Of a stretch of DNA of 64,000 nt, positions 45,655 through 59,153 are shown piece after piece. A model generated the notes under the pieces. It was not told the DNA's origin and made no database searches. It was given only the letters and a program-made list of their open reading frames with translations. This DNA is from the human T2T-CHM13v2.0 reference genome, Homo sapiens, in the NCBI RefSeq assembly GCF_009914755.1, contig NC_060941.1. One strand, given 5' to 3'. A program made the translations under genes and the position numbers. Each line of letters begins with the position of its first letter. Position 1 is the stretch's first letter.

Positions 45655-48600
45655 CTATCATTCAGAGATCTCCTTCACAATAACCTTCACTAGCTTTCTT
45701 TGCCCATCCCATACATGCTGTGATCCCAGAGTTCTGTGTCTAATTTATTTTCATTTTACATGCTTTCTCTGGATGATCCAATGTATTAGTTTTTCAAATA
45801 ATAAGTTTTGCTTACAAAATCTACATCTATAGTCCAAATTGCTCCCTTGGCCTCCAAACCCATTACAAAACAAAATGAATAGCCCTACTTCCAATTCAAC
45901 ATGTCCATTATTATTAACTAAACTTACTATGTTACCCCTAATACGTGCTCCAATGAAGCCCAAGTAATGGAGAGGCATTGCAGAAGCCAGCTTCTTGTGA
46001 AGGCATTTGAGCCAACTGAAGGAGAAGGTTGGTATCATTGTTAAAATCTGGCTGGCACAAGAAAAACAGGACATTAGGTACAGATGTTTCATTTTCTGCC
46101 ATAAGACTGTCTCCAGCTGGAAACAACTTAAACTCTAAGTAAGTACAAAGGCTGAAATTCAGTGATGGCACTAGTGGTCTGAGTGAACAGTGAAACAGAA
46201 AGTGGGAGAAAAGTTCAACCTTAAAAGCCTTTTTATGAATAACAAGTGCCACACGCCACACAGAATAGCAAGTCCTGGTGCTTATAAGCACAACCTACAA
46301 TTGGTACAGGGGACCTGATCACAGTGAGCTCATAATATGGTACTTGTGCCAAGCAGAAAAGCGGTATTGTGCCTCAATTAATTTCAGGATGCCAAAACCA
46401 ACATGGAAAGAAAAAATTCAGTACATTTGTAACATTCCCTGACATGCCCTTTACTACTCTTAAGCCATAAAACTAGGAGAATATAAATTTTCCCTTTCAC
46501 TTTTTCCTAATGAGAAAATATTTCAACAGGAATTCACAAACACTCTCAAAGTATCAATGCTGATTCTTAATACTAGAAAAATATAAACTTATCCCTGTAC
46601 AGATAAAGAAATAAGGAATGATATTATATATAGATATAGATATAGATATATAGATATAAAGCCTAAAGGAAGACCAATCAAATGTCCTCCTGTAAAAGAA
46701 AATTACTTTAGGGGGTGACGTCAGATGTCAGCAAGACTCTCCTTCTCTCAATGGACACATAAATTCAACAACAATACATAGACCAAAATTTCCTTTGTGA
46801 GACATCCAGAGACCAGATGAGAGGCTCCTGTACTCCAGGCAAGCATGAAACCAACCACACTGAAGCCAGTAGGAAAATTTGTGGAATCCTCTTGCGCCAT
46901 AAGCAAGGTTACTTAAGGGACTTGTTGCTGTCTTGCCTGAATCTTAGCTGTGACAGGAAAGGGTCCCAGGTTGGGAACTGCTGAGAACGAAGCCTCCAGT
47001 TTGGACTAGTATGCAGTAACTGACCATAGCCCCTCCCACCAGCTCAGAACTAGCAGGTGGAAACCCCCAGTCCCAACTTCTCCCTGGGGAACGAAAAAGC
47101 TGAAGCATCTGTCCAACATTCTGGCTTTTGGAAGGGGCTGCCTAAGGGACCGGATTCTGCAAGTACTCACAGGACTGGTATTCTCTAAATGCCTGGGGAC
47201 CACTGAGAACAAAGGTGGTGGTTTGGACTAGTAAACACTCACGGCCAGAGCTCCTACCCCTGGCTCAGCACAATTAGAAAAACTCATGGTCCACAGCTTC
47301 TCCCTGGGGAGGGAAAGAGAAAACTAAAGCATATATCCAACATTCAGACTCTTGGGGGACTGCCCAAGGAACTTGTTTCTGTCTCATCTGTCTTGAAGCA
47401 CTGGTGGGACGCAGCATAAACTAAGTGCCTAGGGGCAGCTGAAACTAAAAAAGCAAGTAATAACCAAAAAAGGATTGAGCCAGTGTGCTACTAGCTCCAG
47501 AAGGCCCATGGTACAAGACACAGAATAAGAAGGAACAAGAGATTATGATCTCCTAAAAACAGAAACCAGAAAATCCCACTATTTAGAAATTTACACACAG
47601 AAGTCCAGAGAAGACATATCCACAGAAAAAGTTTATGAGGACCCCAGAATCTCTACTCAGGCCGATTCTTGAAGGTCTGCCCCTGTACAAAGCCAATCCA
47701 TAAAGACTGGGAGAAGCGGCTGTTTTTCAAATATGCAGACATTAACACAAAGGGTCAAGGAAAATGAAAAATGGCCCAAAGAAAGGAACAAAATAAATCT
47801 CCAGAAACCAACCCTAAAGAAATGAAGGTAAATGGATTAGCTGGTAAGAATTAAAAACAACCATAATCAAAATATTCAATAAGCTTAGGATAAATTATGC
47901 ATAAACAAAATGAGTATTTTAACAAACAAAATATTTTTAAAAAGAAAAATTTGAGGGCTGAAGAATACAATAACTGAACTAAAAACTTAACTAAAGGGGC
48001 TCAACAGCAGCCTTGATCAAGTACAAGAAAGAATCAGTAAACTCAAAGACAGGACATTTGAAATTATACATTCCACAAGAGCAAAAATGTTTTTAAAAGA
48101 CTGAAGAAAACATAAGAAACTTATGAGACACTATCAAGCAGGCCAATTTACATATTACTAAAGTTAGAGAAAGAGAAGAGAGAGAAAAGCAGTAAGCTTA
48201 TTTAAAGAACTAATCTGAAGAGAAAAATGGACATCCAGATTTATGAAGCTCAAAGAATCCCAAGTAGGTTGAATGTAAAGAGATCTACACCAGGACACAT
48301 TATAATCAAATTGCCAAAAGTCAAAGACAAAGAATTTTGAAATCAAAAAGAGAAAAGAAACTCACTACATACAAAGGAGACTCATAAAACTGTAAAAGGA
48401 TTTTTCAACAGAAACTTTATAGGCCAGGAGAGAATGGGATGATATATGCAAAGTACTGAAAGAGAAAAACTGCCAGTCAAGGATATTATTATATACCATG
48501 CAAATCTGTCCTTTAAAAATGAAAGAGAGATACGGTCCCAGATAAACAAAAGTTGAAGGAGTTCATCACCACTACACTTGACTTAAAAGAAATTCTAAAG

Positions 48601-48784
48601 GGAGTTCTTCAAGTTGAAATGAAAGGACACTAGTTAGTAGCATGAAAACACATGAAAATATGAAACTCACTGATAAAATTATATATAAAATACAGATTAC
48701 TCTATTGATATAATAGTGGTGCATAAATCATTTTCAACTTCAACATAAAAATGAAAAGATGAAAGTCTTAAAAATAACTATAAC

Positions 48785-49287
48785 AGTTACTGAAACACCA
48801 GGAGTCCAGTCTAGGTCCCATTGCTCACCGCACAGAAAGTCAATCAATGAGATCAATGAGACAATGAGTATTGCTAGGGAAGAAGGCTTTATTTGGGCAC
48901 TGCAGCCAAGCAGATGGGAGATCAGTATCAAATCCATCTCCTCGCCCAACTAAAATTAGTTTATATAGCAGGAAGAACTGTAACTACCTGTGGGAAAACA
49001 GGAATTAGGGACTGGTAAGGAAGAGGAGTTCGTCAACAGGAAGCAGGTGGTTGGTCAGGCAATCATGATAGGTGAGGGGTCTGGCATAACATTGTCTAGA
49101 TGCAGTGATCTGGTAAGTTTCAGTTCCTTGATACTATCTGGGATACCTGATGGTTGGTTTCCAGAGACAGGAACTCAAATAAGACAAACGTTAAGTTTCT
49201 CCAGTGTTAAGACTGGGTGGGTTAATTTCTATGTTTATTCAAAAAAACCATAAACATCCATTTTATGGGACAACTTGGATGGTTTCA
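48785..49287 (-). mobile_element. MER39-family solo LTR inserted in the L1
   Basis: Homologous in reverse to 26271-26704; TSD taac/tacc. Confidence 0.8.
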
Positions 49288-50104
49288 TACCACAAAATAA
49301 TTTGTTAATGAATACAGAATATTAAAAGGTGAAAATCGGGACATTAATAACAAAGTGTGTGAGTAAAAGTATTGAATTTTTTAATGCAATCGAAGTTATC
49401 AGCTTAAAATAGGTTGTTACAACTATAAGATGATTTATGTAAGCCTTATGGTAACACAAATTCTTTAAATATAGTAAGTACACAAAACATAAAAAAAAAG
49501 AATCAAAGCAAACCACAGTAACAACAAACACATCATCAAATCACAAAGAAATATAAGGAAGAAATGAACAAAGGAATTATATAACAGTCAGAAAGCAATT
49601 AACAAAATGACTTATTAAGTCCACAAATGTGTGAAAATTAAACAACAAATTCTCATCAATCAATGAGTCAAATAAGAAAGCAAAATAAAGGAAATTAGAA
49701 AACATCTTGAGACAAATGAAAACAAAAACACAACATACCAAAATGTGTAGGATTCAGTGAAAGCAGTGCTAAGAGGAAAATTTACAACTGTAAAAGCTTA
49801 TATTAAAAAAGAAAAAAAACTCTAACAACCTAGATGCACACCTTAAGGAACTAAAAAAAGAACAAACTAAACTCAAAGCCAGCAGAAGGAAGTAAATATT
49901 AATAGTAAGGATTAGGGCAGGGATAAAACAGAAAATAGAAAAACAACAGAGAAAATGAAACTAAGAGTTGATTTATTGAAATGATCAACAAAATTGAAAA
50001 ACCTTTGGCTACACAGAATAAGAAAAAAGGAGAGAAGACTAAACAACTAAAATCAGAAATGAAAGATAAGACATTACACTCAATTTAACAGAAATAAAAA
50101 GAAT

Positions 50105-50405
50105 GACTGGGTGCAGTGGCTCATGCCTGTAATCCCAACACTTTGGGAGGCTGAGGCAGGAGGACTGCTGGAGCCCAGGAGTACATGACCAGCCTCAGCA
50201 ACATAGTGAGCCTCATTTCTACAAAAAAATAAAAATAATAAAAATTAGCTGGATGTGGTGGCACACACCTGAGGTCCCAGCTACTTGGGAGGATGAGGTA
50301 GGATTGCTTCAGCCCAAGATGTCAAGGCGGCAGTGAGCAGTGATTGCACCACTGTGCTCCAGTCCGGGTGACAGAGTGAGAATCTATCTCAAGAGAAAAA
50401 AAAAA
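50105..50405 (+). mobile_element. AluJ-like element
   Basis: Alu consensus; TSD ataaaaagaa. Confidence 0.88.
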
Positions 50406-51450
50406 GTTATAAAAAGAACTGTAAGAAAGTACTATGAGCAACAGTATGCCAATGTATTGGATAACCCAGATGAGATGACCAAATTACTCGAAATGCAAAA
50501 CTTACCAAGATTGAATCATGAAGAATAGAAAATATGAACAGACCAATAACTAGTAAGGAAACTGAATCAGTAATTAAAAATCTCCCAACCAAGAAAAGCC
50601 CAGAACCAGATGACTTCACTGGTGAATTCTACCAAACATTTGAGAAGTGATGCCAATCCTCCTCAAACCCATTCAAAACACTGAAGAGGGAATACTCCCA
50701 AATTCATTTTACAAAGCCAGCATTACCCTGATACCAAAACCAGACAAAGACACTACAATAAAGGAAAATTACAAGCCAATACCTGAATAACATAGATGCA
50801 AAAATCCTCAACAAAATACTAGCAAACTGAATTCCATGGCACATTAAAAGAATCATACACCATAATCAAGTGGGATTTATCCCTAAGATGCCAGGATGGT
50901 ACAATATATGCTAAATAATAAATGCGATACCCCACATTAACAGAATGAAGAATAGAGATTATATGATCATTTGGATCGATGCAGAAAGAGCATGACGAAA
51001 TTCAATATTTTTTTATGATAAAAACTCAATAAATTCAGTACAGAAGGAATGTACATCAGAATAATAAAATGCATATATGACAAAGCCCATACCTAGCATA
51101 ATACTCGAACAGTGAAAAGCTAAAAAAAGCTTTTCCTCTAAGATCAAGAACAAGGCAAGAAGGCTCACTGTCACCACCTATTAAATAGTACAGCAGTCCT
51201 AGCCAGAGTAGTCAGGCAAGAGAAAGGCATCCAAATCAGAAAGTAAAAAGGAAAATGGTTTCTATTTGCAGATGACATAATTGTATATGCAGAAAACCCT
51301 AAAGACTGCATTAAATAACTATTTAAACTAATAAATGAATTCAGTAAAATTTCAGGATACAAAACCAACATACAAAAATCAGTAGCACTTCTTTACACTA
51401 ACAATGAATTATCCAAAAAGAAATCAAGAGAGCAGTCCCATTTACTGTTA

Positions 51451-51729
51451 TTTTTGCTCTTGTTGCCAAGGCTGGGGTGCAATGGTGCAATCTTGGCTCA
51501 CTGCAACCTCCACCTCCTGGGTTCAAGCAATTCTCCTGCCTCCCCGAGTGGCTGGGATTACAGGCACACACCACCACGCCTGGCTAATTTTTTTTTTATT
51601 TTTATTTTTAGTAGAGTTGGGGTTTTGCCATGTTGGTCAGGCTGGTCTCAAACTCCTGATCTCAAGTGATCTGCCCGCCTCAGCCTCCCAAAGTGCTGGG
51701 ATTACAGGTGTGAGCCACCGTGCCCAGCC
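51451..51729 (-). mobile_element. AluSq/Sp-like element missing its tail (cut at the inversion breakpoint)
   Basis: Begins at ttttgctcttgttgcc with no poly(T). Confidence 0.9.
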
Positions 51730-51969
51730 TTAAGTTCATTCTTTCAGGCTCTTTTCAGTATAATCTTGATGAGCATTGTGAGTACTACTTCTTTATTGCT
51801 TCTCCAGTTTCTGTTTGTTTCCTCTTGGAATTCATATTATCTCTGTATTGGGGATTTTGAATCTATATTCTTCATCTCTTACACTTCCATTTGTTATAGC
51901 CATCTTTTTATTTTTTCCTTTGTTTTCTCAGAAAATTTTTTGAGCTGGTTTTCTAATTCACTGATTTGA

Positions 51970-52017
51970 TTTTCTGTAATATTTAATCTGCTGTTTTCTG
52001 TAATATTTAATCTGCTG
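51970..52017. repeat. Perfect 24-bp tandem duplication
   Basis: ttttctgtaatatttaatctgctg x2. Confidence 0.95.
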
Positions 52018-52186
52018 TTTTCTGTTTCCATTGTGATTTTCAGATTTAGTAATCATGTTTTTCAATTGTAAGCACATTTTTATGATCAGACTGTTCATCC
52101 CCTTTTCACATATGAAATGTCTACTTGAATCATATTGAAAAAAATTAAATAAACATTTTAGAAATTTCTCTTTTTAAAATAGTTTT

Positions 52187-53897
52187 TTTCTTTTATTTAT
52201 TGTGGTAAAAATACACAACATGAGATCTACTTAAGATTTTAAGTGTACAGCACAGTATTGCAGCTATAATCACAGTGTTGTGCAGCAGACTTCTAGAACG
52301 TTTTCATCTTCTGTAGCTGAAATTTTATATGCATTGAACAGCAACTCCCCATTTTCCCCGTCTGTAAGCCCCTGGCAGCTACCATTCTACTCTCCTCTTC
52401 TATGGGTTTGACTACTATATAGTATTTATCCTATTGTGATTGGCTATTTAACTCAGCAAAAGTCCTCCAGCTTCATCTATCTTGTCACATATGATAGCAT
52501 TTCCTTTTATTAATGTTGAAAAATATTCTATTTTATGTATATACCATATTTTGTTAATCCATTCATTTGTAGATGAACATATAGGTTGTTTCCACATCCT
52601 GACTATTGTGAATAATGCTGCAGTGAACACAGGAGTACAGACAGCTTTTTGAGATCCTGATTTTTCTTTAGCTTTACACCCAGAAGAGGGATTTGCTGGA
52701 TCATAAGGTAATTCTATTTTTGATTTTTTGAGGAACTTCCACACTGTTTTCCATAATGGCTATATCAATTTATGTTCCTACCAACAGTGGACAAAGATTC
52801 CCTTTTCTCCAAATCCTGGACAACACTTGATATCTTTTGTCTTTTTGATAATAGTCATTCTAACAGGTGTGAGTGATAGCTCATGTGGTTTTGATTTGCA
52901 TTTTGCTGATGATGCGTGATGTTGAACATTTTATATATTGTATGTCCACTTTGGAGAAACGTGTATTCAAGTTCTTTGCCCATCTTAAAATTGGGTTGTT
53001 TTGGGGCAGTTGAGTTGAGTACTTTATATAGATTGAATATTAACCTATTATTACATATGTGGCTTGCAAATATTTTATCTGATTCTGTAGCTTGTCTCTT
53101 CACTCTGTTGATTGTTTGCTGTGCAGGAGATTTTGAAGTTGATAAAATCCCATTTGTCTATCTTTGCTTTAGTTGCCTATGTTTTGGGGTTATATCTAAG
53201 AAATTACTGCCTAGACCAATGTCAAGAAGCTTTCCCCCTACGTTTTCTTCTAGTCGTTTACAGTTTCAGATCTTATGTTTAAGTCTTTAACGCATTTCTA
53301 GTTGATTTTTGTGTATGGTGCAAGATAAGGGCCAAATTTTCTTTTTATGCTTGTGGACTTCCGGTTTTCCTAACACCATTTATTGAAGTGATTATCCATT
53401 AACCATTGTGTGTTCTTGGCACCTCTGTCAAAGATCAGTTGACTGTAAATGCGTGGGTTTATTTCTGGGCTCTTTATTTTGTTCCATTGGTCTATATGTC
53501 TGTCTTTACGCCAGTATCATACTGTTTCAATTACTATAGATTTGTAATACATTTTGAAATCAGGAAGTATCATTTCTCCGGCTTTGTTCTTCTTGCTCAA
53601 GATTGCTTTGGCTATTTGGAGTCTTTTGTGATTCCATGAATTTTCATATTTTTTTTATTGTTGTGAAAAAAGCCGTTGGAGTTTTGATAGGGATTGCATT
53701 GAAATTGTAGATTGCTTTGTGTATGGACATTTTAACAATATTAATTCTTCCAATCCATGAGCACAGGATATCTTTCCATTTATCTGTGTCTTCAGTTTCT
53801 TTCACTGATGTTTTACAGTTTTCAGTGTATAGATCTTTTCCACCTTTGGTTAAATTTATTCCTAGGTATTTTATTTGATTTTTGTTGCCAAATGGAT
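52187..53897 (-). mobile_element. 3' portion (ORF2 end plus 3' UTR) of an L1MA, the inverted partner of 46711-51445
   Basis: L1 peptides on the minus strand (52448-52744, 52855-53103); homology resumes where the plus-strand piece stops. Confidence 0.85.
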
Positions 53898-53904
53898 TAT
53901 TTTA

Positions 53905-54870
53905 GCTGTGTATGAAACAGAAGAAATCAAGAGAAATGAAGCAGAGAAGACAAGGCTCAGATTTCAAGCAGGGTCCAGAGATATATTCATATGTCCAACA
54001 TAGGATATATAAGATGGTAAAAGCAAATTATTTTTCATTCTCAGCTTCTTCCACTAGCAAAAGGCTCTGAAGGAAGAAACAATCCAAGGGCAAAGATCAA
54101 ATCCAAGGTTTTGCCAGTAAAATATGGACTCAGGATCAAAATTTCAAGGACACATCTTTACACACTTGGTTAAGACCTCAGAAAGATTTGGGCAGTGCCT
54201 GAAAAAAGCAAAACAAAAAGGCTTCTAAACGTTTCCATGTTGTACCTCTTAGAAGCTCTCTGACAGATAAGAGGGATTCTAAGAATCATAAGGGTGTTGT
54301 ACTACAGTATCCTGATTCCTGGACCAAAACAGAGAAAGTCTGTCTCAAAGAAATTCGTGAATACGGTGTTTGTCTAATGGAATGGATTACAATTCGATAC
54401 ACAGAAAGGTGCAAAATTTTTAAAGGAATTATAGCTTCATTTGAAAGAGTTCAAAATGAAAATATGCATTTGGTTCCCCAAATTCATACAAACAGAAAGC
54501 AGGCTGAAAAAACTATTCAGCTGAAAGCAAATTATTTCTTGTGGTAACAGAAACATAGCTCAGAGGGAAGAGCCAAGATCATGAAAAACAGAGCAAACAG
54601 CCATGAAGAACCACTCCCAAGAAACAGCACTAAGACCTATCATGAAACGGGCAACAAATGCCTGGCTAGATTTCAGAACTGCTATAAACTATCATTGCAA
54701 TCTGCCTCCCATTTCTCTGCTCTTTGAATGGGAAAGTTTACTGCAGTTCTCCGGTCCCTCTCTCACCATTGTTGGCTGTGTAGGTGAGTGTGTGGGAAAG
54801 AATAATGCCTTCCTTTAGTTCACAGGTTCAGGCTGAAAGAAGCCACACCATGGAAGACAGCCACACCTGT
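53905..54870 (+). mobile_element. MaLR (MLT1-type) internal sequence fragment
   Basis: Similar to 63250-63650 (gatttcagaa(c/t)tg(c/t)tat...) and to MLT1-int as remembered. Confidence 0.65.
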
Positions 54871-55184
54871 ACCTGATTTTTATTGTTTACTGAGGTATAG
54901 CTTGCATACAGTAAAACCATATCCTTGTAAAATGCAGAGTTTGATGAGTTTTGACAAAAGTACACACCTGTGTAACCACAATAAATATACATATTATTTT
55001 CATCACACCCAAAAATTCTTTGAGCCTGAGAGTTAAGAGTCAACTTACCTCTTCCTCCAATTCCAGACAAGCAGTATTTTCAAGAGTCTCATATGTATGA
55101 AATTAAACAGTATGTACATGTTTATGTCTCGCTTGGCCTGGCCAAGAATATTTCTGAGATTTCTCCATGTTGTTGCACGTATCA

Positions 55185-55553
<369 letters not shown>

Positions 55554-58500
55554 CTATTCATGTGTTTATGGACATTTAGATTGTTTACCCCTTTGGGTTA
55601 TTATGAATAAAGCTGCTATGAACATTCAAGTATTTATGTGGACATATGTTTTCATTTCTCTTTACCAAGTATCTAGGAATAGAATTGCTGGGTCATATGG
55701 TAAGTTGTCTTAAAATTTATAAGAAATAGCCAAACTGTTTTCCAGAGTGGTTGTGCAATATTATACTCCCATCAACAGTGTATGAGACTTTCAGCTTCAT
55801 CACCTCACCACCATACTTGGTTTTCTCAGTCTTTATAATTTTAGCCATTTATAAATTTTAGTCTTTATAATCCTAAGGGGTATGCAGTGGTATCACACTG
55901 TGCTTTATAATTTGCATTTCCCTGCTAAAGAATGCTGTTGGCCATCTTTTCATGTATGTATACTAGCCATTTACATATTTTCTCTTGTGAAGTGTCTGTA
56001 AACTCTTTTGCACATTAACTGGATTGTGTGCTCCCTTAAGTTGTAAGAATCCTTTATGTATTCTAGCCACAAGTCCTTTATCAGATATATGTGATGAAAA
56101 TTTTTCTCCCATTCTGTACCCTGCCAGGTAATTTTCCAAATGGTGCCTTTTTTAAAAAAAGGTTTAGATAGTTCAGTTTGTAAATTTTTTCTTCATTGTT
56201 TTGTGTTTTTTTATATCTTATTTTAGAAATCTTTGCCTGTTCCAACGTCACAGAGATTTTCTGTTTTCTTCTAGAAACTCTATACTTTTAGCATTTTCAT
56301 TTAGGCCTATAACTCATTTCAGTTTTTCCCCAGTGGATATTCAGTTCTTACAGCATAATTTGATAAAAAGACCTTCTTTCCCTCAATTCCACTGCCATCT
56401 TTGTGGAAAATCAAATGACCATGTATATGAGGGCTCACTTCTGGAATTTCTATTCTATTCTATAAATCCATCTATCCTTTCACCAATACTACTGTCTTCA
56501 TTACTACAGCTTGATTTTAAGCCTAAAAATCAGGAAAGTGAAGTCCCCTAACTTTCTCTTCTTTTCTATAATTGCTTTCATTCCTCATGGATAATGAATC
56601 AGGCTGAGGAAGTTCCCTTCTATTCCTAATTTGCTGAGAGTTTTTAACATGGATGAGTGTTGCATCTTGTTATATGCTTTTTCTGTATCTAGTGAGATGA
56701 TTACATTATATTTCTAAAACTATGATGAAATACATAAATTTTCAAATGTTAATCTCAAATTATTCAAAATATAATATTATTTCCATATATTAATAGATCT
56801 GATTTGATAATTAAGAATTTTAAAATCTATGTTAATAAGGGAATGCTGCTAGGTAGGTTTCTGTTCTTGTAAGGTCTTTGTCTTCTTTTGGAAGCAGAGT
56901 AATACTGACCTAACAAAATGACTTGGGAAGCATTCCCTCCTTCTCTATTTCATGTAGGAAAAAAAACTCAGGGAAGATTGATAAAATTTCTTCCATAAAA
57001 GCCTTAAAGAATTCACCAGTGATACCATCTGGGCTTAAGAGATTTGTGAGGTGGTTAATTATGAATTCAATTTCTTTGGTATATATAGAGCTATTCAGAT
57101 TTCCCATTTCTTGAGTCAGTATTTAGTTTTTCTGTCTTTCAAGCAGTGTGTCTATTTCATCAACAATGTCACTGGTATAAAGTGGTTTATAACATTCTCT
57201 TATCTTCTTAACATCTGTAGGATCTGTGTCAAGTCCCTTCTTTCATTCCCGATATTATTATATCTTCTTTTTAAAATGTTTTATTATCAATTGTGGTAAA
57301 ATACATATAACACAAAATTTACAGTCTTAATCATTTTTAAGCATACGGTTCAGTGGTATTAAGTATATTCACATTGTTGTGCAATAATCTCCACCATCTG
57401 TCTCCAGATTTCAACCTGAAAAACTGAAACCCTACAGTCATTAAACAATAACTCCCTATTCCCTGCTTCCCACTGCCCCTATAACCACCATTCTACTTTC
57501 CGTTTCTATGAATTTGACAACTTTAGAGACCTCATATAAGTTAAACGGTATCTGTCTTTTTGTGACTGGTTTATTCACTTAGCATAATGTCTTCAAGATT
57601 TATCCATGTTGTCCCATGTGACAAGACTTTCTTCCTTTTTAGGGCTGAATATTATTCATTCTAAATGTACCACATTTTGCTAATCTATTCATCTGTAGAT
57701 AGACATTTATGTTGCTTCTACCTCCTGACTATTGCAAATAATGCTGCTATGAAGATGAATATGCAAATATCTCTTCAAGACCCTGCTTTCAATTCTTTTG
57801 GATGTAAAAAGAATTCCCAGAAGTGGGAATGTTGGATAATGTAATTCTATTTTTAATTTTTTGAGGACTACCATGTCATTTCCAACAGCAGCTGTACCAT
57901 TTTACATTCTTACCAACAGTGCACAGGGCTCCAATTTCTCCACATTCTCACCAACACTTTTTTTTTCACAGTAGCCATCCTCATGGATGTAAGGTAACAT
58001 CTCATCATAGTTTTGATTTTTATTTCCCTAATGGTTAGTGATGTTGAGCAACTTTTCATGTGCTTATTGGCCATTTTTATATCATCTTTGGAGATATGTC
58101 TATTCAAGTCCTTTCCCCATCTTTTAATCTAGTTTTTTTTATTGTTGTTGAGATGAGTTCTTTACATATTCGGGATATTAACCCCTTTTCAAATATATGC
58201 TTTGCAAATATATTCTTCCATTCCATTGACTGCTTTTTCACTCAGTTGATTATGTCCTTTGATGTACAGTTTTTAATTTTGATGTAGATAGTTTTTAATT
58301 TTGATGTAGTTCAATGTATCTTTTTTTTTATTTGTCTGTATATTTGGCCTCATATCCAAAAAAGAAATCACTGCCAAGACCAATGTCATAAAGCTTTTCC
58401 CTATGTCTTCCGTATGTTTCCCTATTATAGCTCTTATGTTTAGGTCTTTGATCCATTTTTAGTTAATTTATATATGATGTAAAGTGAGAGTCCAACTTAA

Positions 58501-58806
58501 TTCTATTGCATTTGGATATCCTTTTTTCCCAACACCATTTGTGGAAATGACTGTCCTTTTCCCAATGAATGGTCATAGCACCCTTATCGAAAATTATGTG
58601 ACCATATATGTCAGGGTTTATTTCTGGGCTATTGTATTCCATTGGTCTATATATTTGTCTTTATACCAGTACCACACTGTTTTGATAACAGTGGCTTTGC
58701 AGCAAGTTTCCAAATCAGGAAATGTAAGACCTCCAACTTCGTTTTTTTTCTAAATTTGTTTTAGCTACTCAATGTCCCAAGTGATTCCATGTGAACTTCA
58801 GGATAC

Positions 58807-59153
58807 TGTATTAGTCTGTTTTCACACTGCTGATAAAGACATACCCAGATTGGGGAGAAAAATAGGTTTAATGGACTCACAGGTCCACATGGCTGGGGAG
58901 GCCGCACAATCATGGCAGAAGGCAAAAGGCACTTCTTACATGGAGGCAGCAAGAGAAAATGAGAATCAAGAGAAAGGGTTTCCCCTTATAAAACCATCAG
59001 ATCTAGTGAGACTTATTTACTACCACAAGAACAGTATGGAGGAAACAGCCATGATTCAATTATCTCCCACTGAGGCCCTCCCACAACATGTGGGAATTAT
59101 GGGAGCTATAATTCAAGGTAAGATTTGGGTGGGGATACAGCCTAACCATATCA
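58807..59153 (-). mobile_element. THE1 (THE1B-like) MaLR solo LTR, same orientation as CEP112
   Basis: tgtattagtctgttttcac...aaccatatca; 5-bp TSD gatac/gatgc. Confidence 0.92.

Larger units (their letters stand above)
46711..51445 (+). mobile_element. 5' portion of an old L1M/L1MA (5' UTR, ORF1, partial ORF2), broken at ~51445
   Basis: Starts gggggtgacgtcag; ORF1-like sequence at 47750-48640; ORF2-like sequence to ...cccatttac. Confidence 0.85.

Noticed and set aside
45930-46420. Possible processed pseudogene or extra exon in an unexplained stretch
   Set aside because: No recognisable protein, poly(A)/TSD or convincing splice-site pair
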